Positions 48,331-57,991 of a stretch of 57,991 nt of DNA are shown here, in pieces. The stretch is from Candidatus Sumerlaeales bacterium (lineage in GTDB: Bacteria > Sumerlaeota > Sumerlaeia > Sumerlaeales > Sumerlaeaceae): NCBI GenBank assembly GCA_038243585.1, contig JBBSQY010000019.1, positions 1 to 57,991 of the forward strand. Reading direction: 5' to 3'. Both the position numbers and the translations under genes were made by a program. Under the pieces are notes generated by a model. That model was not told the origin of the DNA, searched no databases, and worked only from the letters and a program-made list of their open reading frames with translations. Within the stretch, counting starts at the first letter, position 1. Each line of letters starts with the position of its first letter.

Positions 48331-50559
48331 ATGAGCAGATTGATAGTAGTATCAAATCGTTTACCCGTCACCGTCGCACAGGATGAGCAAGACAACCTGT
48401 CTTTCGCGGCAAGCTCCGGCGGATTGGCCAGCGGCATGAGCGCTTATCTTGATAAGCAGGCATCCGAAGAGGGCGTGGCATCTGATTTCATCTGGATTGG
48501 CTGGCCCGGTCAAGAGATAGATGAAAAGCATAAATCTGAGGTACGGGACCGGCTGCAGACTGATTATAGCGCCTGGCCAGTATTTTTGACCCAGGACCAG
48601 GTGACCGGCTATTACGACGGATTTTCGAACCGCACGTTATGGCCGCTCTTTCATTACTTCCATGTTTATTGCGATTTCTCCGAAGAGCTGTGGCAGAGTT
48701 ACGTTGAAGTCAACCAGCGCTTTGCTGACGCCGTGGCAGAGATAGCAAACGAAGATGATACCATCTGGATTCACGATTACCAGTTGATGCTCGTACCACA
48801 GCTTCTTCGAGAAAAAATGCCAAAGGCTCGCATTGGGTTTTTCCTGCATATTCCGTTCCCGTCTCACGACGTGTTCCGGTTGCTTCCGCGTGGATGGGGT
48901 CGTCAGCTTCTTCAGGGCGTGACAGGGGCCGACCTAATCGGCTTTCACACCTATGATTACACCCATCACTTTTTGCGCGCTTTATTGCGCATACTGGGCC
49001 TTGACCACGTCATGGGCACCGTCGCCGTGGGAGACCGTGTGCTGAAGGTGGACACCTTTCCCATGGGCATTGAATATAACAAATACAACTCCGCGACGAT
49101 GCTGCCGGAGGTGGCTAAAGAAAAGCAGGAACTCGCCACCGTCATGGCCGGGCGACAGGCGGTGCTTAGCGTCGACCGATTGGATTATACAAAAGGCATC
49201 ATTAACCGCCTTCGCGGGTTCGAGCTCTTTCTGGAGAACAACCCCGATTGGCGGGAGAGGGTCAAACTGATTCTGATCGTGGTACCTTCTCGCGAGGCTG
49301 TGGGCGAATATGAGCTGATGAAAAATCAGATAGATGAAACCGTCGGCCGAATCAACGGCCTGTATGGAGGAGTCGGTTGGACGCCCATCGCCTACGTTTA
49401 TCGGTCGGTTCCGTTTGAAAAACTGGTGGCGGCCTATGCATCTGCCGATGCGGCGTTGGTTACTCCCCTGCGCGACGGCATGAACCTGGTTGCCAAGGAA
49501 TATGTGGCATGTCGGACCAACGGTCGCGGTGTTTTGATTCTAAGCGAAATGGCCGGCGCGGCCAGTGAACTGCCAGAAGCGCTGCTGATCAATCCTAACA
49601 GCACAGCAGAAATCGCAGACGCTATCAAGACGGCCCTGGAAATGCCAGAGGCTGAGCAGACCGCCCGGCTGGAGGCGATGCAGCGCCGGCTGAAACGATA
49701 CGACGTTGTGCGCTGGGCGCAGGATTTCCTGCAGAGTCTCGCTAAAGTTTCCGACCCTGACCTGACCGTTCCGGCCATCCGGGTAACTTCACAGGAAACC
49801 CTTGTATTTGCTAACAAGTTTTGCTCCGCCAACAAACGCCTCGTCTTTCTCGATTACGACGGAACACTGGTTGGTTTCAGCGGCGATCCGGACTCCGTAA
49901 AACCGGGGCCCCGGGTTATCGCGGTGTTGCAACGGCTAGCCAGCGTGCCCAATACCGAAATTGTGGTCGTAAGCGGTCGCAAGCGCCAGACGCTCGAAGA
50001 GTGGGTGGGGCATTGCGATGTGAGCATAGTGGCTGAACACGGCGCGGTTATCCGACGTCTGGATAAAATATGGCATGAGAGCCCACCCCCACAAAACCGC
50101 TGGAAAGATGAATTGCGCCCAATTCTGGAAACGTATGTAGACCGGCTGCCGGGATCATTTATCGAAGAAAAACAGTATTGCCTCGTGTGGCACTTCCGCA
50201 ACTCAGATCCGGAATTGGGACCGCTGCGTGCCCAGGAACTGGTGGACAGCCTGATGGCGTTTACGGGGAACCAGACGACCGTACAGGTTCTGCCCGGAAA
50301 TAAGGTGGTGGAACTTCGCGACCCAAACCATAACAAGGGGGTGGTCGCTGCTCACATCGCGTTGGATTCAAGTTCGGATTTCGTAATGGCCGTTGGCGAT
50401 GATGTAACGGACGAAGACATGTTTCGCAGCCTGCCGGAGGGAACGCTGACAATAAAAGTCGGGCGTCCACCCACGGCTGCTGGTTATAGGCTTACCAGTC
50501 ACAATGACGTGCTGACGCTGCTGGAGGAATTGGCGGGAGCGGTCGCCGAATGCTCGTAA
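48331..50559 (+). CDS. otsAB: Bifunctional trehalose-6-phosphate synthase/phosphatase
   Basis: VSNRLP, GGLA, WIHDYQL, FFLHIPFP, DRLDYTKG, DGMNLVAKE; HAD FLDYDGTL and GDDVTDEDMF. Confidence 0.95.
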   Translation: MSRLIVVSNRLPVTVAQDEQDNLSFAASSGGLASGMSAYLDKQASEEGVASDFIWIGWPGQEIDEKHKSEVRDRLQTDYSAWPVFLTQDQVTGYYDGFSNRTLWPLFHYFHVYCDFSEELWQSYVEVNQRFADAVAEIANEDDTIWIHDYQLMLVPQLLREKMPKARIGFFLHIPFPSHDVFRLLPRGWGRQLLQGVTGADLIGFHTYDYTHHFLRALLRILGLDHVMGTVAVGDRVLKVDTFPMGIEYNKYNSATMLPEVAKEKQELATVMAGRQAVLSVDRLDYTKGIINRLRGFELFLENNPDWRERVKLILIVVPSREAVGEYELMKNQIDETVGRINGLYGGVGWTPIAYVYRSVPFEKLVAAYASADAALVTPLRDGMNLVAKEYVACRTNGRGVLILSEMAGAASELPEALLINPNSTAEIADAIKTALEMPEAEQTARLEAMQRRLKRYDVVRWAQDFLQSLAKVSDPDLTVPAIRVTSQETLVFANKFCSANKRLVFLDYDGTLVGFSGDPDSVKPGPRVIAVLQRLASVPNTEIVVVSGRKRQTLEEWVGHCDVSIVAEHGAVIRRLDKIWHESPPPQNRWKDELRPILETYVDRLPGSFIEEKQYCLVWHFRNSDPELGPLRAQELVDSLMAFTGNQTTVQVLPGNKVVELRDPNHNKGVVAAHIALDSSSDFVMAVGDDVTDEDMFRSLPEGTLTIKVGRPPTAAGYRLTSHNDVLTLLEELAGAVAECS

Positions 50560-50575
50560 TTAACTAGCCCTAATG

Positions 50576-50627
50576 GACCTTATGGATCTCATGCACGCTA
50601 CCTTTTTACGCATGGGTCCATAAGGTC
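50576..50627. terminator. Long inverted repeat between convergent genes
   Basis: GACCTTATGGATCTCATGC / GCATGGGTCCATAAGGTC imperfect stem. Confidence 0.55.
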
Positions 50628-50683
50628 TGGTTTGTCGGTCCATCAACTTGGATCTGGTCAATCGCTCCCAGGTTTCTTGCCAC

Positions 50684-52939
50684 CTATCGCAGCAGTATTT
50701 TTTCCACCCGCGAATTGCCCTCACGGTCGTAAACCCGGATGCTCAGTGTGTGTTCCGGCTGTTGTTTTTCCGGTGAAATTCTGACGCGAAAGCTTTCCTG
50801 CTGAAAATCAAAAATGCTATCCGCAGGCGTAAGAGTTCGCCATTCTTCCGCCGCGTTCAGGTTGTATTCCGCCGCCGAGATAATAGAAGTTTTGTCTGAT
50901 GCAGTTGCGGTAACTTCGTACTCGTTCTCCCCTGTTCGCGTCGCATGTATGTCAGTAATGTCAGGCGGAGAATTATCTACAGTATAGATGCGACTTGTTA
51001 TGCTCACTGTTGACGCGCTCGTTTCAGGATTTTCGAAACGGTCGGTGGCGTCCAGCTTAAACCTATATGTTCCATCTGGAATTGCCTCCGTGGAAAACTG
51101 ATGCTTCGTGGCCGTGAGGTTCTCTTCGATCAGCTTCCACATCTCTTCATCTTCCCCTTTATAGAAAAGGTTATAGCGGAGCTTGTCGTCATTCGGGTCT
51201 TCAGCGGTCCATGAGATATTAACCTTTTGGCTGTTTTGCAGATCGGTACCCCCTGCTTGGGCGATTTTCGCCATAACCGCAGCCTGTGCCGCTCGCGCCG
51301 CAGCAGATGCGGCTTTCGCAGCTTCTTCCCCGGCCTCCTGGGCGTTGCTTCCCCCCTGAGACGAAGAGGCCTGCTGCATACGTGCGGCGGCAGCGGCAAG
51401 CGCCGCGGCCTGACCTGCGGCTGGGCTACCCGGCACTTTCGCCAGCTCAATTTTACGCAAAACGGGAGCTACGTTTTTCTGAACATAAAAAATTTGAATG
51501 CCGTCTATAAAATTTGATCCGGTTCCCTGATCAGATTCCAGCGTGATCCGGTACTGGAGGTACTGCGCTACCGGGCTCGCGATCTTTACGATCTGCTGAG
51601 CCACCGGCTCTGAATCCGTCCACGGGCTCCAGGTGCCGTCGCTAGGCTCCGGGGTGTTTCCGCTGCGGGTCTCCAGTCTGATCTGGCTGGCGGTACTGAC
51701 CTCGCCATCATACATCAGGTTTCCCCACTTCACGGTGCTTTTTGCATCCAGCGCCCGGCTGGCGAACATGCCAGACACGAGGGGCGCGGAAGATTCCAAT
51801 TCGTAAATTACGGCCTTGTTTGCGGTGCCGAGCATGACGCCGTTCTTTCCGGCAGTCAGCGCAATTATCATGGGCTCATCCACATCCGTCACCACGGAAT
51901 AGCTGGCGTCGGTCGTGTTGACCCGGTACAATTTCCCATTTTTCCCTGCCGCCGCCAATATGCTCGAAGTCTTGTTATCGGCGATCATCTGGTGAATGGG
52001 CCCTTCGGGGGCCGCCCAAAGTCCATGCACATATCCATTTGGATGAATTTGGGCCACGATACCTTTACCATCCAGCCCGCTGCCAAAACCGCCGCTACCG
52101 GTAGTGGACTTGTCGAATACAGAGGACATCTGCACGCTGTTTGCCGCCGCATAGATGTTGCCTTCATCGTCCACTGTCAGCGACCGGATTTCGTCCTGGC
52201 TTGAGGCATACAGGATGTAACCAGTGCCTGATTCAGATATCCGCAAAACGTAGCCCTTGCCCTGGGTAGCGGCCAACAGGTTGCCGTCTTTATCAAACGC
52301 AAGCGCCATGGCGTTAGTGGCATCGCTATCATAATAAACCTCGCCGTTGCGCTCGCCTCGAATACGATAAACTTTTCCCGAAGTGCCGGTGGCCGCGTAC
52401 AGCAGACCATTGCGGTCAAAGATCATGTCCCAGATATATTTTTCGCCGGTTTCGAAAAACACTTCCGGTTTGCCTTTTTCCGTCACGCGGTAAATCTTAC
52501 CGCCCGGACTGGCGCCGATGAGCAGTCCGCCCTTGGGGTCAATGGCCAGAGCCGTCGCTTCCACCTCCGACAGGTCCGCCCAAACGTCCAACTTTCCATT
52601 GCTTTGCATCCGGAACACTTTGCCGCTATGTCCGGTTGCATAAAACACGCTGCCGTCAAACGCATCAACGGCCACATCCCACACGATCCCCTCGCCGGAT
52701 TTTTCTTTTAATACCGCCTTGGGGCCTACCTGGAGCCTGCCGTCCGCAAGTAATTCCGTGCCGGTGGACACGCCCTTATTAAACTCGGCGAAGCTTTCAT
52801 CGCGGAGAATTTCCGTCTCCACCGCCCCTGCGGGTTGTGCAGCCACAATGAACGTGGCAGAAACAGCAATGAGAAACAATTGAGAGAGAGATTGATTAAG
52901 TTTTATTAACGCGCTATTTGTCATGGGTTGTTGGGACAC
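50684..52939 (-). CDS. Secreted beta-propeller protein with C-terminal Ig/FN3-like domains
   Basis: Signal peptide; repeated D..G.LYAATG..GKVYRI blades; Ala-rich linker; PDGTYRFK, VDNSPP. Confidence 0.75.
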   Translation of the reverse strand: MSQQPMTNSALIKLNQSLSQLFLIAVSATFIVAAQPAGAVETEILRDESFAEFNKGVSTGTELLADGRLQVGPKAVLKEKSGEGIVWDVAVDAFDGSVFYATGHSGKVFRMQSNGKLDVWADLSEVEATALAIDPKGGLLIGASPGGKIYRVTEKGKPEVFFETGEKYIWDMIFDRNGLLYAATGTSGKVYRIRGERNGEVYYDSDATNAMALAFDKDGNLLAATQGKGYVLRISESGTGYILYASSQDEIRSLTVDDEGNIYAAANSVQMSSVFDKSTTGSGGFGSGLDGKGIVAQIHPNGYVHGLWAAPEGPIHQMIADNKTSSILAAAGKNGKLYRVNTTDASYSVVTDVDEPMIIALTAGKNGVMLGTANKAVIYELESSAPLVSGMFASRALDAKSTVKWGNLMYDGEVSTASQIRLETRSGNTPEPSDGTWSPWTDSEPVAQQIVKIASPVAQYLQYRITLESDQGTGSNFIDGIQIFYVQKNVAPVLRKIELAKVPGSPAAGQAAALAAAAARMQQASSSQGGSNAQEAGEEAAKAASAAARAAQAAVMAKIAQAGGTDLQNSQKVNISWTAEDPNDDKLRYNLFYKGEDEEMWKLIEENLTATKHQFSTEAIPDGTYRFKLDATDRFENPETSASTVSITSRIYTVDNSPPDITDIHATRTGENEYEVTATASDKTSIISAAEYNLNAAEEWRTLTPADSIFDFQQESFRVRISPEKQQPEHTLSIRVYDREGNSRVEKILLR

Positions 52940-53077
52940 CCTCAGTTAGTGGTAAGTTTCGGTATGTAACCAGTCGACAACGCAGTGCTTCATTTTTTCT
53001 TTGCGTAGGGTGATGCCGTATTATCCTTTGGTAATTATGGTAGACAGCCTCAAACTTTGCAAAAATCCGGGGACATT

Positions 53078-53833
53078 ATGAATCTTAGGGAAAAATGCGC
53101 GCTGGTGGTTGGCGCATCATCGGGCATAGGCGAGGCTCTGGCCCGGCATCTTGGGCGCGCCGGCTACCGCGTGGCCCTTGTAGCGCGTCGAGAAGACGAG
53201 CTGCGCCAGACCGCAGACCATATCAACAAAACCGCCGGAAACGAAGCAGCCTTTGTATTCCCCCATGACGTGCGCAACGTGGATGAAGTGACCGCGCTTT
53301 TTGAACGGATTTTTGAAACCCTGGGCGGGCTCTCCCACGTTTATTATGTCGCCGGAGTGATGCCGGACGTGGCGGCGGATGAGTATAATTTTGAAAAAGA
53401 CCGCCTAATGGTGGAAGTGAATCTGCTGGGAACCATCGCATGGCTGAACTGCGCGGCTGATCTTTTTAACCGATTGAAGAGCGGCGTTATTGTCGGCGTG
53501 GGAAGCATAGCGGGTGATCGCGGGCGCAAGGGGCAGCCGATCTATAACACCACCAAAGGAGCACAGGCAATCTATCTTGAGTCACTGCGAAACCGACTCG
53601 CCGTTCATGATAATGTGCGGGTGGTGACGATTAAGCCGGGCTATGTAGAAACCGCCATGATGGGCGGAAAGCGAAATTTGCTCTGGATGATTTCCGCCGA
53701 TGAAGCCGCAAGGCGGGTAATGCTGGCGGGCGATCGCTCTCGCGGCACTGTCTACGTGCCACGGCGCTGGCGCTTCGTTTCGTGGGTTTTGCGGGCGATG
53801 CCATCGTTTATTTTTAAACGGCTGGAAGTTTGA
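53078..53833 (+). CDS. Short-chain dehydrogenase/reductase, DprE2-like
   Basis: GASSGIG, GSIAGDRGR, YNTTK, VVTIKPGYVET; adjacent to a DprE1-like gene. Confidence 0.85.
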   Translation: MNLREKCALVVGASSGIGEALARHLGRAGYRVALVARREDELRQTADHINKTAGNEAAFVFPHDVRNVDEVTALFERIFETLGGLSHVYYVAGVMPDVAADEYNFEKDRLMVEVNLLGTIAWLNCAADLFNRLKSGVIVGVGSIAGDRGRKGQPIYNTTKGAQAIYLESLRNRLAVHDNVRVVTIKPGYVETAMMGGKRNLLWMISADEAARRVMLAGDRSRGTVYVPRRWRFVSWVLRAMPSFIFKRLEV

Positions 53834-53842
53834 TCGGCCACA

Positions 53843-55339
53843 ATGACAATTGAATCCCAGTGCGAAGAACACCCGCCATCCACGCTGACCGTGGACGGGC
53901 ACGCCCTGCGACTCTCGCCGGGGCACCTGGCTCGTCTGGCCGGCTGGGGCATGGCTGTTGACTGCGTCGCCCACACTTATCAACCGGAGGATGTGGCGGG
54001 GATTCGTGCGGTGTTTGACTTAGCGCGACGTGCCGGACGGCCGGTGTGTCTGCGCGGCGGCGGCAACAGCTACGGCGACGCCGCTATTTTGCAAGATGGC
54101 GTCATTCTGGATCTGACGCGCATGGATTGCGTGTTGGCCTGGGACTCGGACACGGGAATTATCGACCTGGAGCCGGGAGTGACGATTCAGAAACTATGGC
54201 GCTTCGTTATCGCGGACGGCTGGTGGCCGCCGGTGGTTTCTGGAACCATGTTTACCACCATGGGCGGCTGTGCAGCCATGAACATCCACGGCAAAAATAA
54301 TTACAAGGTCGGCCCGTTTGGCGAGCACATCCTGGAATTTGAGTTCCTGACTCCAGCTGGTGATGTCACGACAGTCACGCCGGAAAGCGACCCCGAACTG
54401 TTCTACGGCGCTATCGGCGGCGCGGGGCTTCTCGGGGTATTTACGCGAATTCGCCTGCAACTGAAAAAGATATATTCGGGGCTGCTGAGCGTGGAAGCTT
54501 TCGCCACCGCCGACCTGCAAACCATGGCGGACGAGCTTGAAACGCGCACAGAAAAAATGGATTACCTTGTGGGATGGGTCGATTGTTTGGCCGATGGCCG
54601 CGCGATGGGTCGAGGCATTGTTCATGCGGCGCGATACCTTCCTCCAGGAGACCATACCCGTGCCGCAGATACGCTTAATATCAGCGCGCAGGAACTGCCG
54701 GACAAGTTGCTGGGAGTAGTCCCGAAGGCGCTGCTACACCATTTCATGTCACCATTTATTAATAACGTGGGCGTCCGCGCCATCAATGCTGCGAAGATGC
54801 ATAGCGCGGCCTTGCAGCCAAGATCTTGGGTACACCATCAGAGCCACGGCGGGTTCGCGTTTTTGCTGGATTACGTGCCGGGATGGAAGCTGGCCTACAA
54901 ACCGGGTAGCCTGATCCAATATCAGCCGTTTGTGCCGCGGGAGGCTGCCATTGCGGTATTTGAAGATATTTTGCGGACGAGTCAGCAGGCTGGATTCCCC
55001 CCCTATCTTGGTGTTTTCAAGAAGCACCGACCAGATGAATTTCTGCTGTCGCACGCCGTGGACGGCTACAGTCTGGCAATGGATTTTCGCGTGACGGAAG
55101 ACAATCGCGAAAAGCTGTGGGCGTTGACGTCGCGCCTGGACGAGCTGGTGCTGGCCGCCGGGGGTAAGTTTTATTTCGCAAAAGACGCAACGCTGACCGC
55201 TGATAACGCCAGTCGGTTTCTCGGAGAAGAACGCCTGACCCGGCTGCGGAAATTGAAGCACAAGCTGGACCCGGAAAACATGCTCCAGACCGATCTGTCA
55301 CGGCGGGTATTTGGCAAAATGGAAATCGACAAACAGTAG
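53843..55339 (+). CDS. FAD-binding oxidoreductase, DprE1-like (decaprenylphosphoryl-ribose oxidase family)
   Basis: RGGGNSYGDAA, PVVSGT..TMGG.AAMNIHGKN, IQYQ, YSLAMDF, GGKFYFAKD, QTDLSRR. Confidence 0.85.
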   Translation: MTIESQCEEHPPSTLTVDGHALRLSPGHLARLAGWGMAVDCVAHTYQPEDVAGIRAVFDLARRAGRPVCLRGGGNSYGDAAILQDGVILDLTRMDCVLAWDSDTGIIDLEPGVTIQKLWRFVIADGWWPPVVSGTMFTTMGGCAAMNIHGKNNYKVGPFGEHILEFEFLTPAGDVTTVTPESDPELFYGAIGGAGLLGVFTRIRLQLKKIYSGLLSVEAFATADLQTMADELETRTEKMDYLVGWVDCLADGRAMGRGIVHAARYLPPGDHTRAADTLNISAQELPDKLLGVVPKALLHHFMSPFINNVGVRAINAAKMHSAALQPRSWVHHQSHGGFAFLLDYVPGWKLAYKPGSLIQYQPFVPREAAIAVFEDILRTSQQAGFPPYLGVFKKHRPDEFLLSHAVDGYSLAMDFRVTEDNREKLWALTSRLDELVLAAGGKFYFAKDATLTADNASRFLGEERLTRLRKLKHKLDPENMLQTDLSRRVFGKMEIDKQ

Positions 55340-55405
55340 GACCAATTTTTTCGAGTTGGCCTTCGATAAACATTAAGTTTAGTTTGATTTTATTAGATAT
55401 GGCAT

Positions 55406-55414
55406 TGTTACTTT
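55406..55414 (+). promoter_or_regulatory. Putative extended -10 promoter for the DUF3800-associated sRNA
   Basis: TG-T-TACTTT in an AT-rich spacer, 6-7 nt before GGAGAC; TTGATT at 55384. Confidence 0.4.
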
Positions 55415-55419
55415 CATTT

Positions 55420-55476
55420 GGAGACTCGGCATAGGGGAGAGCTTTGGCTGGCCCTGAAAGCGTTGTCTCTTTTTTT
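55420..55476 (+). ncRNA. Candidate DUF3800-associated small structured RNA
   Basis: GGAGAC/GUCUCU, CGGC/GUUG, UAGGG/CCCUG and AGC-UUUG-GCU nested stems ending in U7, abutting the DUF3800 stop codon. Confidence 0.6.
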
Positions 55477-56356
55477 ATTGTCGCCCTGGCGCAGTTGGAT
55501 TTGGTACAAAGCAAACCCCTCTGGTTTCGAAATCCTTTCCGTCACGGGACCCGTTCCCATTGAACTGGAGTTCCAAAAGCCAATCCAGGAATTCGTCTCG
55601 AAGCTCCTCCCGCACTGCTTCGTCCATGCCTAACTTTGGTAATCGGAACGCCCAGTTAACGCAGTAAATGCAAAGATCCGCCGCTTGAATAGGGTACGCC
55701 ATATCCGAGGCGACAAAGAATGGCGTTGGCACTATCCATCGAGCGCGTAAGCGGCCGCTGTTGGTCTTTGTGAAGTAGCCTTCCAGTTGGCGGACAAATT
55801 TTCGATCGAGATTCTTCTCAGTGCCATCCATAACGAGCAACCCATTCTCTGCTTCACGCTCAAGCAGATAGAAGAAGCGCTCCAGAAGGAAAACCTGATC
55901 CTTGCGGAGGTACTCAGCAAATGAACCGTTAACCTTTCCGGCACCACGCGGGATAGCCGACGCAAAAAGTTGCGCATCATGTTCACGGAGCGTCTGGAAA
56001 ATTCCTCGTGCCATTTCAATGCATGCCTGGCCATAGGCGCAGAACTCGGTGCGGGTCGGGGTAACATTTTGCATTCCTTTCATCAAAAATGAACGAGCAT
56101 GCTTTTGACGCTCCGGGGCCGCCATCGGCGGAGCTTGGCGAGAAAACTTAAACCGCTTCTTGTTGAGAAGTGTACTGCCCTTTATTTCACTTTGGACCTC
56201 GCAAAGCGCGCAACCAAATGTAATCTGCTCCAATTGCTGCATCGCTCGCGTAAAAGCCCAAAGTTGTGAGTCCTTGATTGCGATACCCCCACGCACTTCA
56301 TAGGGCATCTGCTTGTGATCATGTCCGCTTTCATCAAGAAATAGCAACCAGCCCAT
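55475..56356 (-). CDS. DUF3800 family protein (predicted RNase H-like fold)
   Basis: N-terminal LFLDESG, EIKG, central LVMD, C-terminal S..IQAADL motifs. Confidence 0.85.
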   Translation of the reverse strand: MGWLLFLDESGHDHKQMPYEVRGGIAIKDSQLWAFTRAMQQLEQITFGCALCEVQSEIKGSTLLNKKRFKFSRQAPPMAAPERQKHARSFLMKGMQNVTPTRTEFCAYGQACIEMARGIFQTLREHDAQLFASAIPRGAGKVNGSFAEYLRKDQVFLLERFFYLLEREAENGLLVMDGTEKNLDRKFVRQLEGYFTKTNSGRLRARWIVPTPFFVASDMAYPIQAADLCIYCVNWAFRLPKLGMDEAVREELRDEFLDWLLELQFNGNGSRDGKDFETRGVCFVPNPTAPGRQ

Positions 56357-57509
56357 TACAACATATCCGAGGCGTTATCCTGTGATAACGACACCTCTGG
56401 CAGCTGCGTCTGATCGTCTTTGTTACTCCCGCAAAATTCACAGTAAGGCAACAGCGCGTGTCGCACATGCTGGCACTGGGCGCATTCTTCATACAGCCTC
56501 TCACCGCATGACGGGCAGGAATAAGGCTCCAGCTTTGTAGTGTCAAAAGTTGTCGGAATCGCGATCATTCGCGAGGCGCTTTTACCATGGATCCCTGCCC
56601 GCTTAAGCCAGCCCCGCTGGATGGGGTAGGAGCACTGCGGACATTCCTGCTTGTCATAGGCCTCACGTATTTGTTTCATGACAAAGTTCGCCTTTGGCCG
56701 CGCGATCATGCGCAGCAGGTAAATCATGAGCGCAACGGCGACAACAATGAGGCCCAGCAAAGCGATATATTTGAAGTAGCGGGATGGAAAATACTCATAA
56801 ACTACACCCATCATTTTTAGAAACAGGCTTATCCCAAACGGATAAATCAAGATTCCATAGGCGGTATTACGCTTGTTCACAAGCAGCCAGAACGCTATGA
56901 GGAAGAGCGGGAGAAGCAGGCCCAGTTGCAGCGCAGCCGCCTTAATTCGCGCCGTTTCCATCAGCGCCTCATACTTCTCCCGGGCGCTTTCCTGGAGGGG
57001 TTCCAGTCGCTTTGTAAGCGCTGAGATTTCCTGCGTCAGTTGACGCTTTTCGGCCGTCGCATTAACCAGGTCCTGGTTTAGCGCCTGATACTTATTTTGA
57101 TTATCCAGGAACAATTTCTGGCTCTGGGTAATGGATTCCTTTTCCTCAGCCGAAAGCGGGATGTTTTTCGCCGTAAGCTGCTTCTGATTTTCGAGAAGCT
57201 GATCATAGTTTCACGCGTGCTGTTTGTGCTGTCGCGCAATAGCCTTTGGCTTTGTTCCAGGTCCGAAATGGTAAGAGAGACAGCGTCCTGCCGGGACGTC
57301 AAATCATCGAGGTTGTCTTCGAGTTGCTGGACGGTTTTTGTTTTTTCAACGTTCTCCCATTGTGGCATTGTTACCGCGCCGATATCTCGTAACACGAACG
57401 ACCAGAACCAAAGCAACAGAAAAGTAAGCAGCGCTGCAGTAAAGTATAACAGCACCCGGTGTGACTTCGGTCCGCCGCGATGCTTTGGCGGTGCAGGATC
57501 TGCGCTCAT
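56356..57509 (-). pseudogene. Membrane protein with periplasmic coiled coil and C-terminal double zinc ribbon, split by a 1-nt frameshift near 57203
   Basis: ORFs 57078-57509 and 56356-57114 join into one coherent coiled coil (RETM-N-QLLENQKQL...) if one A is added; CPQC, CPSC, CAQC, CEFC. Confidence 0.7.
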
Positions 57510-57565
57510 AAATAACTTCTTTCCGTAGGTTGCAAATCTGGGACAAAATCAATTAGGGATGTCAG

Positions 57566-57991
57566 CTATTCGGCCGGCAGGCTTGCGAAATACTGGGCGT
57601 ATTCTGGCTGGTTTCGCAGGATTGTTTCTATGACTTCACGCCGCGCCTGCGAGACTCCGCGGCTGCTTTCTTTGCTGTCATCCGGGTAGGTACGGTTGGT
57701 CAGTAGAACCATGTAGGCGCCGGTGTTCATGTCCACCCAGATCATGGTTCCGGTATAACCCGTGTGCGCGACAATACGTTTACCATCGACCGTGTTAAGC
57801 GGCGTGGCATACGGCGGCTTCGGATAAATGTCCCAGCCCAGGCCACGCACATTGGAAATTCCTTCAGGGGTCTGAATTGCGGTCATCATTTTTATGGTGG
57901 CGGGTTTATAAATTTGTTCTCCGCGGAACGACCCTCCGCCTGCCGTCATCTCGCAGAAGCGGGCCATGTCGGACGCTGTCGAAAATATTCC
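57566..57991 (-). CDS. Serine hydrolase / beta-lactamase family protein, C-terminal part (truncated by window edge)
   Basis: FSTASDMARF, RGLGWD, HTGYTGT, VLLTNR. Confidence 0.85.
   Translation of the reverse strand, partial: GIFSTASDMARFCEMTAGGGSFRGEQIYKPATIKMMTAIQTPEGISNVRGLGWDIYPKPPYATPLNTVDGKRIVAHTGYTGTMIWVDMNTGAYMVLLTNRTYPDDSKESSRGVSQARREVIETILRNQPEYAQYFASLPAE

Overview
Bacterial chromosomal window of mostly housekeeping and cell-envelope genes; no prophage, transposase, rRNA or CRISPR array was recognised. Contents: rex and hisC-aroF; murB and a precorrin-2 dehydrogenase; glycosyltransferases; an isolated rpmG-tRNA-Trp-secE-nusG-rplK block (no tuf or rplA adjacent); FHA-EAL; FtsX/EnvC-like pair; RND pump; orphan PqqD; HtrA; a GHL10 glycosidase followed by three tandem Amidase_2 paralogues; tRNA-Pro; solitary rplS; polysaccharide deacetylase, sulfatase, LacI regulator, OtsAB fusion; a DprE2/DprE1-like pair; a DUF3800 gene and a frameshifted membrane/zinc-ribbon gene. 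The host may be Candidatus Sumerlaeota (BRC1), a low-confidence inference. The strongest unexplained signals are non-coding: (1) a ~57-nt structured RNA with an apparent extended -10 promoter and U-tract, convergent with the DUF3800 gene; (2) a ~250-300-nt multi-stem leader with compensatory base changes repeated before each of the three amidases; (3) a ~400-nt hairpin-rich spacer where rplA would normally follow rplK. All family assignments come from motif recognition by eye; no database searches were run.
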